Shown: one piece after another, positions 12,378 to 26,094 of the stretch
Position numbering within the stretch: the first letter of the stretch is position 1
Layout of the letters: the number at the start of each line of letters is the position of its first letter
Assembly: GCF_023055435.1 (NCBI RefSeq)
Contig: NW_025964383.1
Coordinates: forward strand, 28,768,001 to 28,832,000
From: Haliotis rufescens
Lineage: Eukaryota
DNA length: 64,000 bases
Direction of reading: 5' to 3'
Notes under the pieces: model-generated
What the model was told of the DNA's origin: nothing
Databases searched by the model: none
What the model saw: the letters and a program-made list of their open reading frames with translations, nothing else
Position numbers and translations under genes: made by a program

Positions 12378-12745
12378 ACTGTATGACAAGAGGAATAACT
12401 ACATTTTCCCTTTTGTCGGGCATATACTTTCCAGTAGCTCCAACCTATGTCTATATTTTACCTTTGAGGTACAATCGAGCAAGCTCTCTCTTTACAATGA
12501 TTTCAAATAGCATCATACGATTCTTGCTCAAAAGTCGTTTGATTAGGGTTACACCATTCAAAACCTTAGTAAAGCTTTCAAGAAATTGTTTGGCGGAGAG
12601 CATTTCCAAATTTGACGATCAGTGACAAAAATGATCATCAAAGCAATTTATGAGTTTGACAACCAAATGTTCTCGTGTTTGTTCAAGATTATTGTTATTT
12701 GCATGTTCTTGTCACGGAAACCTCCGTTTTGCGAGCACCTGGTAT
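12378..12745 (+). mobile_element. Degenerate Penelope-like RT-thumb/3' remnant, duplicated with the gene unit (also ~24161-24575 and ~29281-29667)
   Basis: Frameshifted translation resembles LYDKR..F..NFPFLSS.IP..PAY.VYI..L.RY.RASS.Y.DF..RH.IL..K...QGY...L..AFKK and ends in the TTTTGCGAGCACCTGG motif. Family assignment is from recall. Confidence 0.55.
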
Positions 12746-15700
12746 CATCATCATTTAAAAGTGATTCATGAACACATGAACCACCGTCATACAGCTGCAA
12801 TATTGCAACAAAACAACAAACAAACAAATCATTAACATGTATTCAAAATCGAAAAATGGACTGCGCACTTGGCAGAGATATTTCTTATGAATATTGAAAT
12901 AGACGTCTCGCTTTTGTTTACGACAAGGGGGGGGGGGGGGGGAGTACTGCTGCAATGTGACGACAATTTACAAAACCTAATATTTATAGAACGTTTGCAC
13001 AATAAAATATGTCAATTATTTTATTTTCTCACAGGTGAAAATGTGTTTCAGGGAAATGTTTTTGTCACAATTTTGTATCCGTATTTTATGTGGTTAAACT
13101 ATTTAACAAACCTAAACTCTCTCTCAAATACATGAAGCTGCATCCATGAGGATTCGAGGTATAAATTAGTCCCCAGAAATCTGCAATGCCCAGCTGCTGC
13201 CATTTTCAGTAGAAGTAGATCTAATTTGTAATTTTTAAAAATACAAAACATACTGAACAAATGATGAAAACTGTCCTGACAAGCCGATCAAAGAATGAAA
13301 TTGTACAGTCTTGTATTAATGAACATTTATATTCACTGAAAACGAAAGGTTCATGTCATACGTTTGTTAAAAAAATTATAAATAGTCAAGAATGTTATTA
13401 ATTCATCAATACCATCAGATGTGACAATGTTTCCTTATGATGTCACATTAGAAAAATGTTCAACGTTTGTAATGTTGCGATGCTATGACCCCACAGCTAT
13501 GGAACATTGTGGCATTCCACTCAATTCGTCCTGATAGTTTGACTGTTATGCCAAGGCATTATGGAAGTGGTTGGATGGTTGGTTGGTTGGTTGGATGTTT
13601 AACGCCGCATTCAGCAATATTCCGGCTATATGACGGCGGTCTGTAAATAATCGAGTCTGGACCAGACAATCCAGTGATTAATATCATGAGCATCGATCCA
13701 CGCAATAGTCGCCTAGTCGTCAAGCACAGTCGCTTAGATAACTTAATTCAATAATGGTCTAGGGCATATTTTGACAATGTTGCCGTAGATCTTTTCTACC
13801 TCGGATCTTCGTCGGTCACGTTATACCTCCGTCATCCTGAACCGGAAAGTTCTGAGACCAAATACTGCTTCCATGATTACCTATTGATCGTTTGACACAT
13901 ACTTGTAAGTGAGACCCTTTTATATTAAAGCATATATTCATTTATGTCACTTCCATAATGGACCCGTGAAGATTCCGGGGTAGAATAGGTCGTCAGCAAC
14001 CCATGCTTGCCGTAAAAGGTGACTGTGCTTGTCGTAAAAGGCGATTAACGGGATCGGGTGTTCAGGCTCGCTGACCTGGTTGATACATGTCATCGTATTC
14101 CACACAATTGCGTGAATAGATGCTCATGGTGTCAATCACTGGATTGTCTGTTCCAGAGCGCCGTCATATAGCTCGAATACTGCTGCGTGTGGCGTTAAAC
14201 AACAAACATGATGATGATGAGGTATCACGTGTTCCCGAAAGGCTGTGTGTGGAGTAATGCCAATTGACAATGAACAATGAACAATTGACTTGCCTTTGTA
14301 TGTGTTTATGACGGGTGCCATCGGTCGGTCAGGATACGATCACCTTTTCGCAAACACCTGGTCTCATTAGTATTTGGTAGTGATTCATAAACACATGCTC
14401 ATGATTTTGTCGGAATCGTACAGTCGACTCTATTTTTCACAGAGATTTCTTATGAATATGGAAAGGGTTTTGTCGCTTTGATTTTTATTATAAAGGAAAA
14501 GAATACTTTGGACAGGATATTGATTGTGTTTAACCGGAGCCTTTTTAAATATATATAACTGTTTCGATTCTCATATCCTTAAACGAATAATCTTGAATGC
14601 CTTGACGAGTACTCCTGACATGGTACTGTTTGAAAGAGACACTGTGCGTAATATAACGTTGTTTATACAAATGTCAGTTATATGTAAAAGAGCCTCTCTT
14701 ATTTGGTCCATGCATGCACTCGTAAAGCTGAGAAACTGGATTCGATTCCCACATTGGTAACATCCAGGGATATAGGTTTCGTTGAGCTAGTTTAAGGCTG
14801 GAGTTCAAATTCTTAGAGTACACTTACACTTCATGTGAATATCTGTTGATATATATAACCACCTGTGATCTAAACCCATAGCCGGGTGCAGGGAGCCCCA
14901 GTTAGATGTATCACATTGTTCAAACCATGATGATGTGAGTGATGTCTGTTGTTATACGCCGCACTCAGCAATATTCCAGCTATATAACGCTGGTCTGTGA
15001 ACCTGGACCACAGAAGCCAGTGATTGACATCATGAACATCGAACCACGCCATTGGGATACGATGCAATGCATCAACCAAATCAGCTGCTAGCCCATTGAG
15101 ATACCATGCCGCAGTTTAACATGAATATCCCACTCAGACACAGTATACTGACTCCGAGCCGACCAGTCCTTGTTTTAGCCCCTTAATGACGAGCGCCAGA
15201 CAGGGTAACAACAAGTGCTATCTTTTAACGTTTTTTTGTATGTCGCGACCAGGTATCAAACCCCGGACTTTCGCCTCTCTGGGCGGACGCGCTACCACTA
15301 GACTGTGTAGGCGGTCTGCCACTATGTCGCTACCGTGAGCCATGCTTCACACTTGTAAATTATATGAATGGCACACTGGAGTCCGCGAAAAGGGTAAGCA
15401 TTGATACAATCCTTAATTCTACCCGTAGCACCTGCAACTCACACACTTTTCATAAAGGAAAGTAGGTGCCAGTCGGTTAGGACCTATGAAAACGATATGT
15501 AAAGGTCGATATGTAGCATGGGATAGCATCGCACATAATGTTGACGAGCGATGTGCCATATTTGGAAAATTCCTCTGACTGACTGGCATAAAATGTCTGG
15601 AATGACTTTAGGCCTTTCATGGAGAAAAGAGAGCTTAGTTGTACAAATGTCTTTCAATTGAGAATTGATTACGTCATAAGGTGACCCGTGAAGATCCGGG

Positions 15701-18394
15701 GTAGAATAGGTCTTCAGCAATCCATTCTTGCCATCAAAAGTGACTATTCTTGTCGTAAGAGGCGCCGAAAGGGATCGGGTTGTCAGGCTCGCTGACTTGG
15801 TTGATGCATGTCATCGTATCCCAATTGCGTGGATGATGTCAATCACTGAATTTTCTGGACCAGACCCGATTATTTACAGACCGCCGTCATACAGCTGAAA
15901 TATTGTTGAATGCGGCGTTAAACAACAAACAAACAAGATAAGGTGCCTTTTGAACATTGCTCGACATGAAAGGTAATTCACGATTGGAATATCCAAAACA
16001 GGATATGAAGACTGACGATGGAAAGCCTTCTTGGCTCAGAAACATGCTGCATTACATCAAGTGTTAGAGAGGTGCATGGCAACGTAACCTGCGTTCCATG
16101 ACGTTACCAGAGGCACGATGCACACATGGTAATATCTTACGATCAAAAGTGATACTTTTACTGTCATTTACGACCGACCAATAAAGCGTTGTTAATCAGT
16201 TTGTAAAGTCATTGACTAAGGGCAATTGTGATAACCTGAGCACGTCACACTCCCGTGATAACTTCGCAACACAATCCCCCATTGCGCACATGTTTGCGTC
16301 TGCTCGAAATACATGGAGTTTTCAAGACTGATGCTGGAGTTATTACTTCATAGGTTATTCGATAAGTTGAATTACCTTGAAGAGCCTCGAAAAGTAAAAA
16401 AAAATCAACATTCGTTTGTGCAGAAATTATTCAAAATGGTGAATACATATACAATTAAGGAGTGTATAACTCTCCTTTATAAAACTGTGTAAAACTTTGT
16501 CACCGTGAATTTAAATATAATTTCAATATAGGAATTGATCTGTGCTGACACCAGGTATTCGTCAAAAAGGATAAACATGTCCTGCCCTAACGTTATCAAC
16601 CGTTACTCACACACTCTGAATAAAAGTGTTTTTAGTTGACTGACGGTACAGCAGTGCTCCTGCCATACGACGGCCTGTGAACAATCAAGTCTCGACCAGG
16701 CAATCACGTGATGGACCGAGCAGTTCTGTTACAGGATAACTCATTCACTGATTTTGCTGAAACTAAAAACGATATGTTAGACATACATACAACGTTATGT
16801 AGGACATGCTTACCCTTTTCGCGAACATCTGGTGCCATCACTGATTATTAGTGCTCCTTTCATATAGAGTTAAACTCTATTTTACTTTTTACGTCCAATG
16901 GAATCTGTTTGGGCAAACAGTCGAAAGTGTATATTCTCTGACGTCGAAATTTTGGCATACATTTCCTGTTATGTAGTGAAATAGTCAGGTGCATGTACCT
17001 TACACAAAGTGTCACATTGTACTGTGGCGCAAATGTTGATCAGCTGTCATAAAACCAAACATGTTTTCAAGAACACTTAACATTAATATCATAATGATCT
17101 TGAGGTCAGCGAATGCGGAATTCGGAAACGTTGAAACGTTTACATGTACATATGCCTGAGGTCACTGTTTATAATGAGGTCACAAGGTCGTTTCTGGCTT
17201 TAGCAAACGTACAAAATGCACTTACATCTTTAACACTTTGCTGTTGTCTGTCTTCGTCCAATATTAATTCATATTTCTTTCAAACACAACCTATCCCAAA
17301 TGCGTAGTATGGTGCTCATGATGTCGATCACTGGATTTTCTGGTCCAGACTCCGTTATTTAGGCCGCCGTCATGTAGCTGGAATATTGCAGAGTGCGGCG
17401 TTAAACAACAAACAAACAAACAAACACAGTCTAATTTCAGTGACCCATGGATTTGTTTTTACTTTTCCAACTTGATGAATATTATATTGGCCGTAAGTGG
17501 CTTCTAAGTGTCATATCTTGAACTATCAAATTGAAAAGACATCAATTTTTGTCGAAGGGAGAAACATGAATGGTTCTTTTTGAACAATAGGTTTCATTTC
17601 CAAAACATTGTTTTAGACATGCATAGCCAAATCCAGTAGAAAATACCAAATTTCAAATCTTAAATTAAGACAAGTTTCAGTTTTCAGGTAGATTGTATAT
17701 AGTCAGTTGGCCACCAGAGGAGAAGAGGCTTAGTTAAGACCTTCGTTCCCACTTTTTTCTTAAACCTTTTCTTTTGCATAAAGGAGGTATCTGCACGCAA
17801 TTTTCATGGTAAGCTTGCAGGTGTGTGCTCGAAATTTCAGGGGGTCAAAATTGCATGAATTGAAGGAAGAATGCATAATTTGACAACATTGGCTGTAACA
17901 ATGTTTTCGCCATTAAACTATCCAAATTATGACAGTACAGGTAATGTGCTCGGTTATCTGAACTTGGCAAACATTTTGATTCATTCAACTAATTATTGTA
18001 ATTCTTATTAAAACATTGATAAAAATCATGTATTTTTTACTTCATTTTCAAATCTTGTGAGTAGGTAAAACACCAATGCCATTGAATTGTTACAATAAAA
18101 CCACTATAACTGTATATCGAGATATGCCTGAACGAATTTTTGACGAAAATTGCTTAATGAGATATGGTATGTAGTGGATGAGTGATATAATTGTAACAAT
18201 GCTTAAAAACACCAAAATACTAAAATCATAAAGAAAAATGATGTTTCAAGTTTTTCTATGAACATCATTTGTTTTATTGTTAGGGATCAGTTTACTACAG
18301 GAGTACACTGAATAATGTACATCATTGAAAAGCTTGCATATGATCATGATTTTAAAACAGGTGGAAATAGATGCCATCTTGAAAGATGACCCTT

Positions 18395-18535
18395 NNNNNN
18401 NNNNNNNNNNNNNNNNNNNNNNNNNNNNNNNNNNNNNNNNNNNNNNNNNNNNNNNNNNNNNNNNNNNNNNNNNNNNNNNNNNNNNNNNNNNNNNNNNNNN
18501 NNNNNNNNNNNNNNNNNNNNNNNNNNNNNNNNNNN
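18395..18535. other. Assembly gap (N run) between paralogue units 1 and 2
   Basis: Run of n bases. Confidence 1.
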
Positions 18536-19623
18536 AGTCCTGACTGATGCCGATGTTATAGTGCTAGCTCACATAGATGGCTGTAGTTTAACATGGATAC
18601 CCCACCAGACACAGTTTACTGACTCCGAGCCGAGCAGTTCTTGTTTTAGCCCCTTAATGCCGAGTGTCAGATAGGGTAACAACAAGTACCATCGTATAAC
18701 GTCTTTGGTATGACGCGGCCGGGGATCGAACACAGGTCTACCGCTCTCCGGGCGGACGCTCTAACACTAGACCATGGAGATGGTCCTTTGCTTTTTCCGA
18801 GGCAGCCCAAAATAATAACAACTGGGTCAGTATCTGACAGCAGGAGCAGACCCGTTAAGATTCCGGGGTAGAATAGGTCCTCTGCAACCCATGCTTGCCG
18901 TAAAAGGTGACTATGCTTGTCGTAAAAGGCGACTAACGGGATCGGGTGGTCAGGCTCGCTGACTTGGTTGATACATGTCATCGATCACAATTGCGTGGGT
19001 CGATGCTCATGATGTCAATCACTGTATTGTCTGGTCCAGACTCGATTATTTACAGACCGCCGTCATATAGCTGGAATATTGCTGAGTATGGCGTTGAACA
19101 ACAAGCCAACCAACCAACAGGTGGAGTCAGCAGGAGTCATGGAGAATACATGGAGACAACACACACTCAGCCTGACCACCCGATTCCCGTTCAGGTCGAC
19201 GTTTACGACAAGGATAAGGTACTTGGGGTCAATTCTGACACAGAATACCTTAAGACTGTCCCACTAGAACCATTACATACTTTTGGTTAACGTCAAACCG
19301 TTAATCGTCTTGGTCTTTTGAATAGTGAAGAAAGACGTATACGATTCGACCAATCACACAATAAGCAAATATCCAAACAATCATGGTATGGTCATTTAGG
19401 GTCAAGCGCTGCGTGAAACTTATCAACGTATTATGACCATTTGGGAAAGATAAGTTCCCTGTCTTAAAAGATCAAATAACTCCCTCTTTATGTGTTGTTA
19501 TAGGTATGGTGATTAAGTGTACACGGTCATGAAGATATGACTTCTATTTTCTCTCGCCACTGGCCAGTACAAACATTAGTGTCCACGTATGTTGTGTTGA
19601 CGAAGGAGTTGGCTTCTTTGCAA

Positions 19624-22600
19624 ATGAAGGGCAAAATGAGAATTCTTCTGTCAGTGAAGATCTTTCTTTTGTTGCACCTTGCTCAAAACCTAAATGGTGA
19701 AGCAATTTCTCCAAGCAAGGCAATAACTCATGGTGGACAGAAAGATGCCCAAAATGATGTCTATACCTCTCGATATGCGTACTTGTTGGCACTACAGAGT
19801 TCAATGGACATGTTGGAACAACGGCTGGGGCAAGGAATCTCGACAGTAGAGCAGGAAAACAAGAATGAAGAATGGGTCAACAAGAAACAGAGTGAAGTAA
19901 ATCTTACAGGAAAAGCCAAGGGTAAATAAAACAGTCAAAATGAATGTATTTGGAAATCTTGCTTTTAGGTAAAAAAAAGCTTATGTTTTGACGGCATAAT
20001 ATCAGGTATTTCATGATGTCATGAACAAAACTGTGTCTAGTGTACAGACACTAGTGGTTGGAAGTACGACAGTATCTCTTAAAATACCAACCAGCTCTTA
20101 AATTGTTCAGATACAGTCGGTAACTTATTCCATTACCAACTTCAATAAAAGCCCATTGTGGGTATATCACTTGTTTCACCAAGTGCGTCTGTGAAGGACA
20201 TATCTGTAATGAGCAAGCTTGTTTTGGTTTGGTTTGGTTTGTTGTTTTACGCCGCACTCAGCAACATCCCAGCTATGTGACGACGGTCTGTAAAGTCTGG
20301 ACCAGCCAATCCACTGATTTACATCATGTTTGTTTGATTGTTTGTTGTTTAACGCCGCACTCGGCAATATTCCAGCTATATGACGGCGGTCTGTAAATAA
20401 ATCGAGTCTGGACCAGACAATCCAGTGATTCACATCATGAGCATCGATCCACGCAATTTGGATACGATGACATGCATCAACCAAGTCAGCGCCTTTTACG
20501 ACAAGCTTGTAGGGCCATAAAATGAAATAAGAATAAACTACGTGCTCGATTGGAAGCCGATAAGAATAATGTGTGCTTGCATATGATCAATCATGGAATG
20601 ACACTGCTGGCATAACTTGAAGAAAGTTTCAAACTGTACCTGTCTGAGACAATTTGATCATAATTACAAAACCTTGGGTGTCATTCCAAAGGAATAATAT
20701 TACAACTTCGCTGTGTTATAAGCTTTCAAAGGTGATTACATCGATCCTAAGCAAGGTTACACATTGACATGGTTAGTTGAAGCGGAGCTTTCCAGAATTT
20801 GAATAACCATTTCAACGATTAGACATGCTCTAACCAATTCGACAGTGGCTACTGATCAAGGACCTAAGAACCTCAAGTGTTTAAAACAGGACTGTTTTGA
20901 TAACCGTGTTTTTAAAGACGTTCACGAACTGTAATATTGAATGATGTCAGTATGATCAAGAATTACTTAACTTGTTTCAGGGTTCTCAAACCGTAACTAT
21001 GCTGGCGTGATACTTTTCTGTAAAGAGGACATATCAGGTTTATGTGCAAGCCGTCAACATCCTGGTGTCTTCTACTACATTCGAGGCGCGAAAAAAAAAG
21101 AAAAAGGTGAAAGCATTATCTACGCATACGACACCAATAAACGGTCAATTATCGTTGAGATCAGTTTGGATGCTGTCAACACTGACTGGGAAGATATCGC
21201 ATGTGGTCCTTGTGATTCGGATGGATTTGGACATTGTATTTATGTATCTGATACTGGAAATACAGGAGAAGGTCCTGTTAATCTGATCTACAAGGTGCAG
21301 GAACCAGAGGAAGTGATACAGGGTCGTAAACTGTCTCTCGGGGAGGACGAAATCGAGGTCATCGGTTTTGAGTAAGCTGATTCGCTGTACTTTGGTCAAG
21401 CATTACCTTTTACATGTTTACAGATATTTTTTCAAAAATCTCCTTGAGAGTCGGTCGTAAAACAATATCGACCTCTTTCTTTTTTTAATTTTCTTATTAC
21501 ACTAGTGTTTTTCCAAATAATTATATATGTTGCTATTGAAATTGGCATATATTGAATATTGCAATTGGTGTATTGAGTTTGAACTGATTGTCACGAGTTA
21601 CATTTTGATGCTGTATTGTATGTTATTGTTCAACAGAATATTTTAGAGATACGCACAATGTGTTGTCAATGTAGAGCTAGCTTACCTGTCGGTTCAACCA
21701 TGCTAGATTTAACATTTGAAACCTCACTGGCGCACACGGTTCCAAATTCAATTTAACACGGTTAAATGAAGCCAACATCAAGTGGACATCCCTAAAGTTT
21801 AGATCTACACTGCACGTCACTAGTACGATGTCTCACCGCTCAAAATTCAATTTAACACGGTTAAATGAAGCCAACATAAAGTGGGCATCCCTAAAGTTTA
21901 GATCTACACTGCACGTCACTAGTACGATGTCTCACCGCTCAAAAATTCAATTTAACACGGTTAGATGAAGCCAACATAAAGTGGGCATCCCTTAAGTTTA
22001 GATCTACACTGCACGTCACTAGTACGATGTCTCACCGCTCAAAAATTCAATTTAACACGGTTAGATGAAGCCAACATAAAGTGGGCATCCCTAAAGTTTA
22101 GATCTACACTGCACGACACTAGTACGATGTCTCACTGCTCAAAATTCAATTTAACACGGTTAGATGAAGCCAACATAAAGTGGGCTTCCATAAAGTTTAG
22201 ATCTACACGGCACGTCACTAGTACGATGTCTCACTGCTCATATGTCGTCACAGTCGGTTAAAGAAAAACGTCAATTTGAAGGTCTCTGTTCCTAAAACTT
22301 GAAATGTACACTCTTAGTCGATCTGGGGTTTTTCTGCCGAAAATTTCGAACTTTCAATGTTGTTGTTACAGCAACTGTCGTTTTGTAACGTGAAATTCTA
22401 TGTATCATGATTTGAAAACCATCTGTTTCAATCAGAGATGTTTATTGTGATTAAAAGCTGTGATCGATATTTGTCTAAATTCATGTTTTTTTATGAAACC
22501 ATGTTTTTTTTTTACTTATACTTTTGGTCATGTTACAGACGATTATATCTAATCTATGGAAACCATTATTGCAGAGAAATAATGACGGTGATAATGTCCT

Positions 22601-23780
22601 GATCACCTGTTGGTAGTGTTGAAAAGGGCGATTTTAACGTATAGCCTCCATTAGACTGTTTTGTTTGTTTATTTGTTTGTTGTTTAACGCCGCACTCGGC
22701 AATATTCCAGCTATATGACGGTGGTCTGTAAATAATCGAGTCTGGACTAGACTATCCAGTGATTTACATAATGAGCATCGATCCACGCAATTGAAAAACG
22801 ATGACATGCATCAACCAAGTCAACGAGCCTGACCACCCGATCCCGTTGGTCGCCTCTTACGACAAAGCATTACCAAAATATACAAGTTCATATACCACTG
22901 TGATCATTGTAGTCGGGGCGGTCGGGTAGCCTAGTGGTTAAAGCGTTCGCTCGTCACGCAGAAGACCCGGGTTCGATTCCCGACATGGGTACAATGTGTG
23001 AAGCCCATTTCTGGTGTCCCCCGCCGTGATATTGATGGAATATTGCTAAAAGCGGCGTAAAACCAAACTCACTCACTCGTTGTAGTCAGTTTGCGACGGT
23101 GTACTTCAACAGATGATATGCGAAAATAAACAGTTAAGTTCAGTTCCTTAGGAACAACATTCCTTCTACTGCCAAGAAATCTTTTCAATCTCTGAAAAGG
23201 TATCCATTTTGATCTTTTCAGATCCACATTGAAGAATAGTAAGACACTCATGGTTTCACCAAGAGGCAGAATCTTCCTCATGGATTCTTCCCGCAAACCT
23301 GGAGGGTTATATGAAATCGATGAATATGAAGCCAAATACCTCTTTAATGTGGCTTTACCCAAGAGCAAGTCACACGAAGGTCCGAGTGGTGGAGATATAT
23401 CTGTAGATGGTAAGGGATTCCTTATCAAGTTCAAAGAGGAGGTATTCTACTGGTATGTTGATGCAGAAGAAGATATGGAAAAGGTCCTCACCGATTCCAA
23501 ACAGTCCATGCAACTCCCTTATTGGACAGAAACATTTGGCGAATCAGTTGCTTGGAGTCTTGATGGGGCATCCTACTTTACAGTCTCTGCAGGCTGTAAC
23601 GAACCACTATATCGATATGAGAGACTTGATCATGCCACAACCGCAGTGTCAGATGAGTACGATGAATATGATGATGATGACTATGACGATGATGACTATG
23701 ACGATGATGACGATGATGACGATGAAGATCGCTATGCGATGTCTCCGTTTGGTATCTTTGGTTCGCTTGTGTTTGGGTAG
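19624..23780 (+). CDS. Secreted bacterial-like beta-propeller protein with poly-Asp/Tyr tail, paralogue 2 (~415 aa)
   Basis: Exons 19624-19921, 20981-21371 and 23222-23780 (1248 nt, open frame), collinear with paralogue 1. Confidence 0.88.
21744..22241. repeat. ~99-100-bp tandem repeat, 5 copies, in intron 2 of paralogue 2
   Basis: Unit AAATTCAATTTAACACGGTT...GATGTCTCACCGCTCA. It is single-copy at ~10529-10628 in paralogue 1. Confidence 0.95.
22915..23078 (+). mobile_element. tRNA-derived SINE (family A) in intron 2 of paralogue 2 only
   Basis: A and B boxes, (ACTC)n tail, TSD TTGTAGTC; the equivalent site in paralogue 1 (~11268) is empty. Confidence 0.92.
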
Positions 23781-24049
23781 GCGTGATAATATGTACCTCA
23801 GAATTCTGTAATGATCATCTTTATCTTGAAACATCATACCTGAGGTGTTTTCGGACCATGGGTTCAGAGATACAGTGATCCTGCAGATATATATCGAGTA
23901 ATGAAGACTAAACCCGTCAATGTTATACATAATCATATAAAATTGAACATTGACAACAAATTGTAGCTAATTCCTTTACACTTATTTATCCACCTGACCT
24001 AGCAATAAAACATCTCATATGTTTTGTAGTTCGATCTATGCATTAATAT

Positions 24050-24126
24050 GTGAGTGAGTGAGTGAGTTTGGTCTTACACCTCTTTAAGCAATATTCCATG
24101 CAATATCACGGCGGGGGACACCAGAC
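24050..24126 (-). mobile_element. 5'-truncated family A SINE
   Basis: (GAGT)n tail plus 3' body, flanked by CATTAAT..TGTGAG repeats. Confidence 0.75.
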
Positions 24127-26094
24127 ATTAATTTTGTGAGCGACTTTCCACACTGTACGACTGTATGACAAGAGGAATGACTAAATTTTCCCTTTTTGTC
24201 GAGCATATATTTTCCAGTAGCTCCAGCCTATGTCTATATTTTACTTTTGGGGTACAATCGAGCAAGCTCTCTCTTTACAAAGATTTCAAAGAGCGTCATA
24301 CGATTCTTGCTCAAAAGTCGTTTGATCAGGGTTACAACATTCAAATCCTTAGTTAAGCTTCAAGAATTTGTTTGGCGGAGAGCATTTCCAAAGTTGACGA
24401 TCAGTGACGAAAATGATCATCAAAGCAATTCATGAGTTTGACAACCAAATGTTCTCGTGAACAAAAACCAAATGTTCTCGTGTTTGTTCAAGTGAAGACT
24501 TGACGTGATTGACATGTTCTTGTCACGGAAACCACCGTTGGGGCAGGATACGCTCCCCATTTTGCGAGCACCTGGTATCATCACCATTTAAAAGTGATTC
24601 ATGAACACATGAAACACCGTCATACAGCTGGAATATTGCTGAGTGCGGCGTTAAATAACAAACAAACAAACAAACATTAACATGTATTCAAAATCGAAAA
24701 ATGGACTGTGCAATTGGCAGAAATATTTCTTATGAATATTGAAATAGTCGTGTCGCTTTTGTTTACGACAAGGTGAGGGGAAGTTTTTTGGTTTGGTTTG
24801 TTGTTTAACACCGCACTCAGCAATATTCCAGCTATATGACGGCGGTCTGTAAATAATCGAGTCATGCATCAACCAAGTCAGCGAGCCTGACCACCCGATC
24901 CCATTAGTCGCCTTTTACGACAAGCATAGTCACCTTTTACGGCAAGCATGGGTTGCTGAAGTCCTATTCTGCCCCGGAATCTTCACGTGTCGGGGGGAAG
25001 TACTGCTGCAATGTTCTTTAGACTGACGTCAATTCACAAAACCTAATTTATAGAACCTTTGCACAATAAAATATGTCAATTATTTTCTCACAGGTGAAAA
25101 TGTGTTTCAGGGTTTTTGTCACAATTTTGTATCCGTGTTTTATGTGGTTAAATTGTTTAACAAACCTAAACTCTCTCTCAAATACATGAAGTTGCATCCA
25201 TGAGGATTTAAATTAGTCCCCAGTAATCTGTAATGCCCAGCTGCTGCCATTTTCAGCAGACCCGTGAAGATTCCGGGGTAGAATAGATCTTCAGCAACCT
25301 ATGCTTGCCGTTAAAGGTGACTATGCTTGTCGTAAAAGGCGACTTATGGGATCGGGTGGTCAGGCTCGCTGACTTGGTTGATTCATGTCATCGATCCCAA
25401 TTGCGTTTATACAGATGTCAGTTATATATAAAAGAGTCTCTCTCTCTCATTTGTTCCATGCATGCACTCGTAATGCTGAGAAACTGGGTTCGATTCCCAT
25501 ATTGGTACAACACGGGATATAGCTAGGTTTCGTTGAGCTGTTTAAAGGTTGGGAGTTCAAATACTTAGAGTACACATACACTTCATGTATGTATCTGTAT
25601 CAGGCAAATCAGTTTCTGGCAGCAGTAGCAAGGTCATGGAGGCAAGGAAACCCATTTAACCTGATTCCCGTTCAAGTCGACTTTTACGACAAGCATACGG
25701 TACTTGGGATCAATTCTAACACAGAATACCTAAAGGCTGCTCCCACTACAACTATTACATATTTGTTTAACAACAACCGTTAATCGTCTTGGTCTTTTGA
25801 ATAGTGAAGAAAGACGAATACGATTCGATCAATCACACAATAAGCAAATACCCAAACAATCAATGGGTATGGTCATTTAGGGTCAAGCGCTGTGTGAAAC
25901 CTATTAACGTATTATGACCAATTATGAAAGATTAGTTCCCTCTCTTAAAAGATCAAATCACTCCTTCTATATGTATTGTTATAGCTATAGTGATTAGGTG
26001 TACAAGATCAAGATATGATTACTATTTTCTCTCGCCATTATGGCAAGCAATGACCAATACAAACATTACTGTTTGACGAAGGAGTTCTTTGCAA

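Noticed and set aside
22915-22990. tRNA gene-like sequences (also at 12270, 45231, 59062, 62040)
   Set aside because: They continue into SINE bodies with tails and TSDs, so they are SINE heads rather than tRNA genes.
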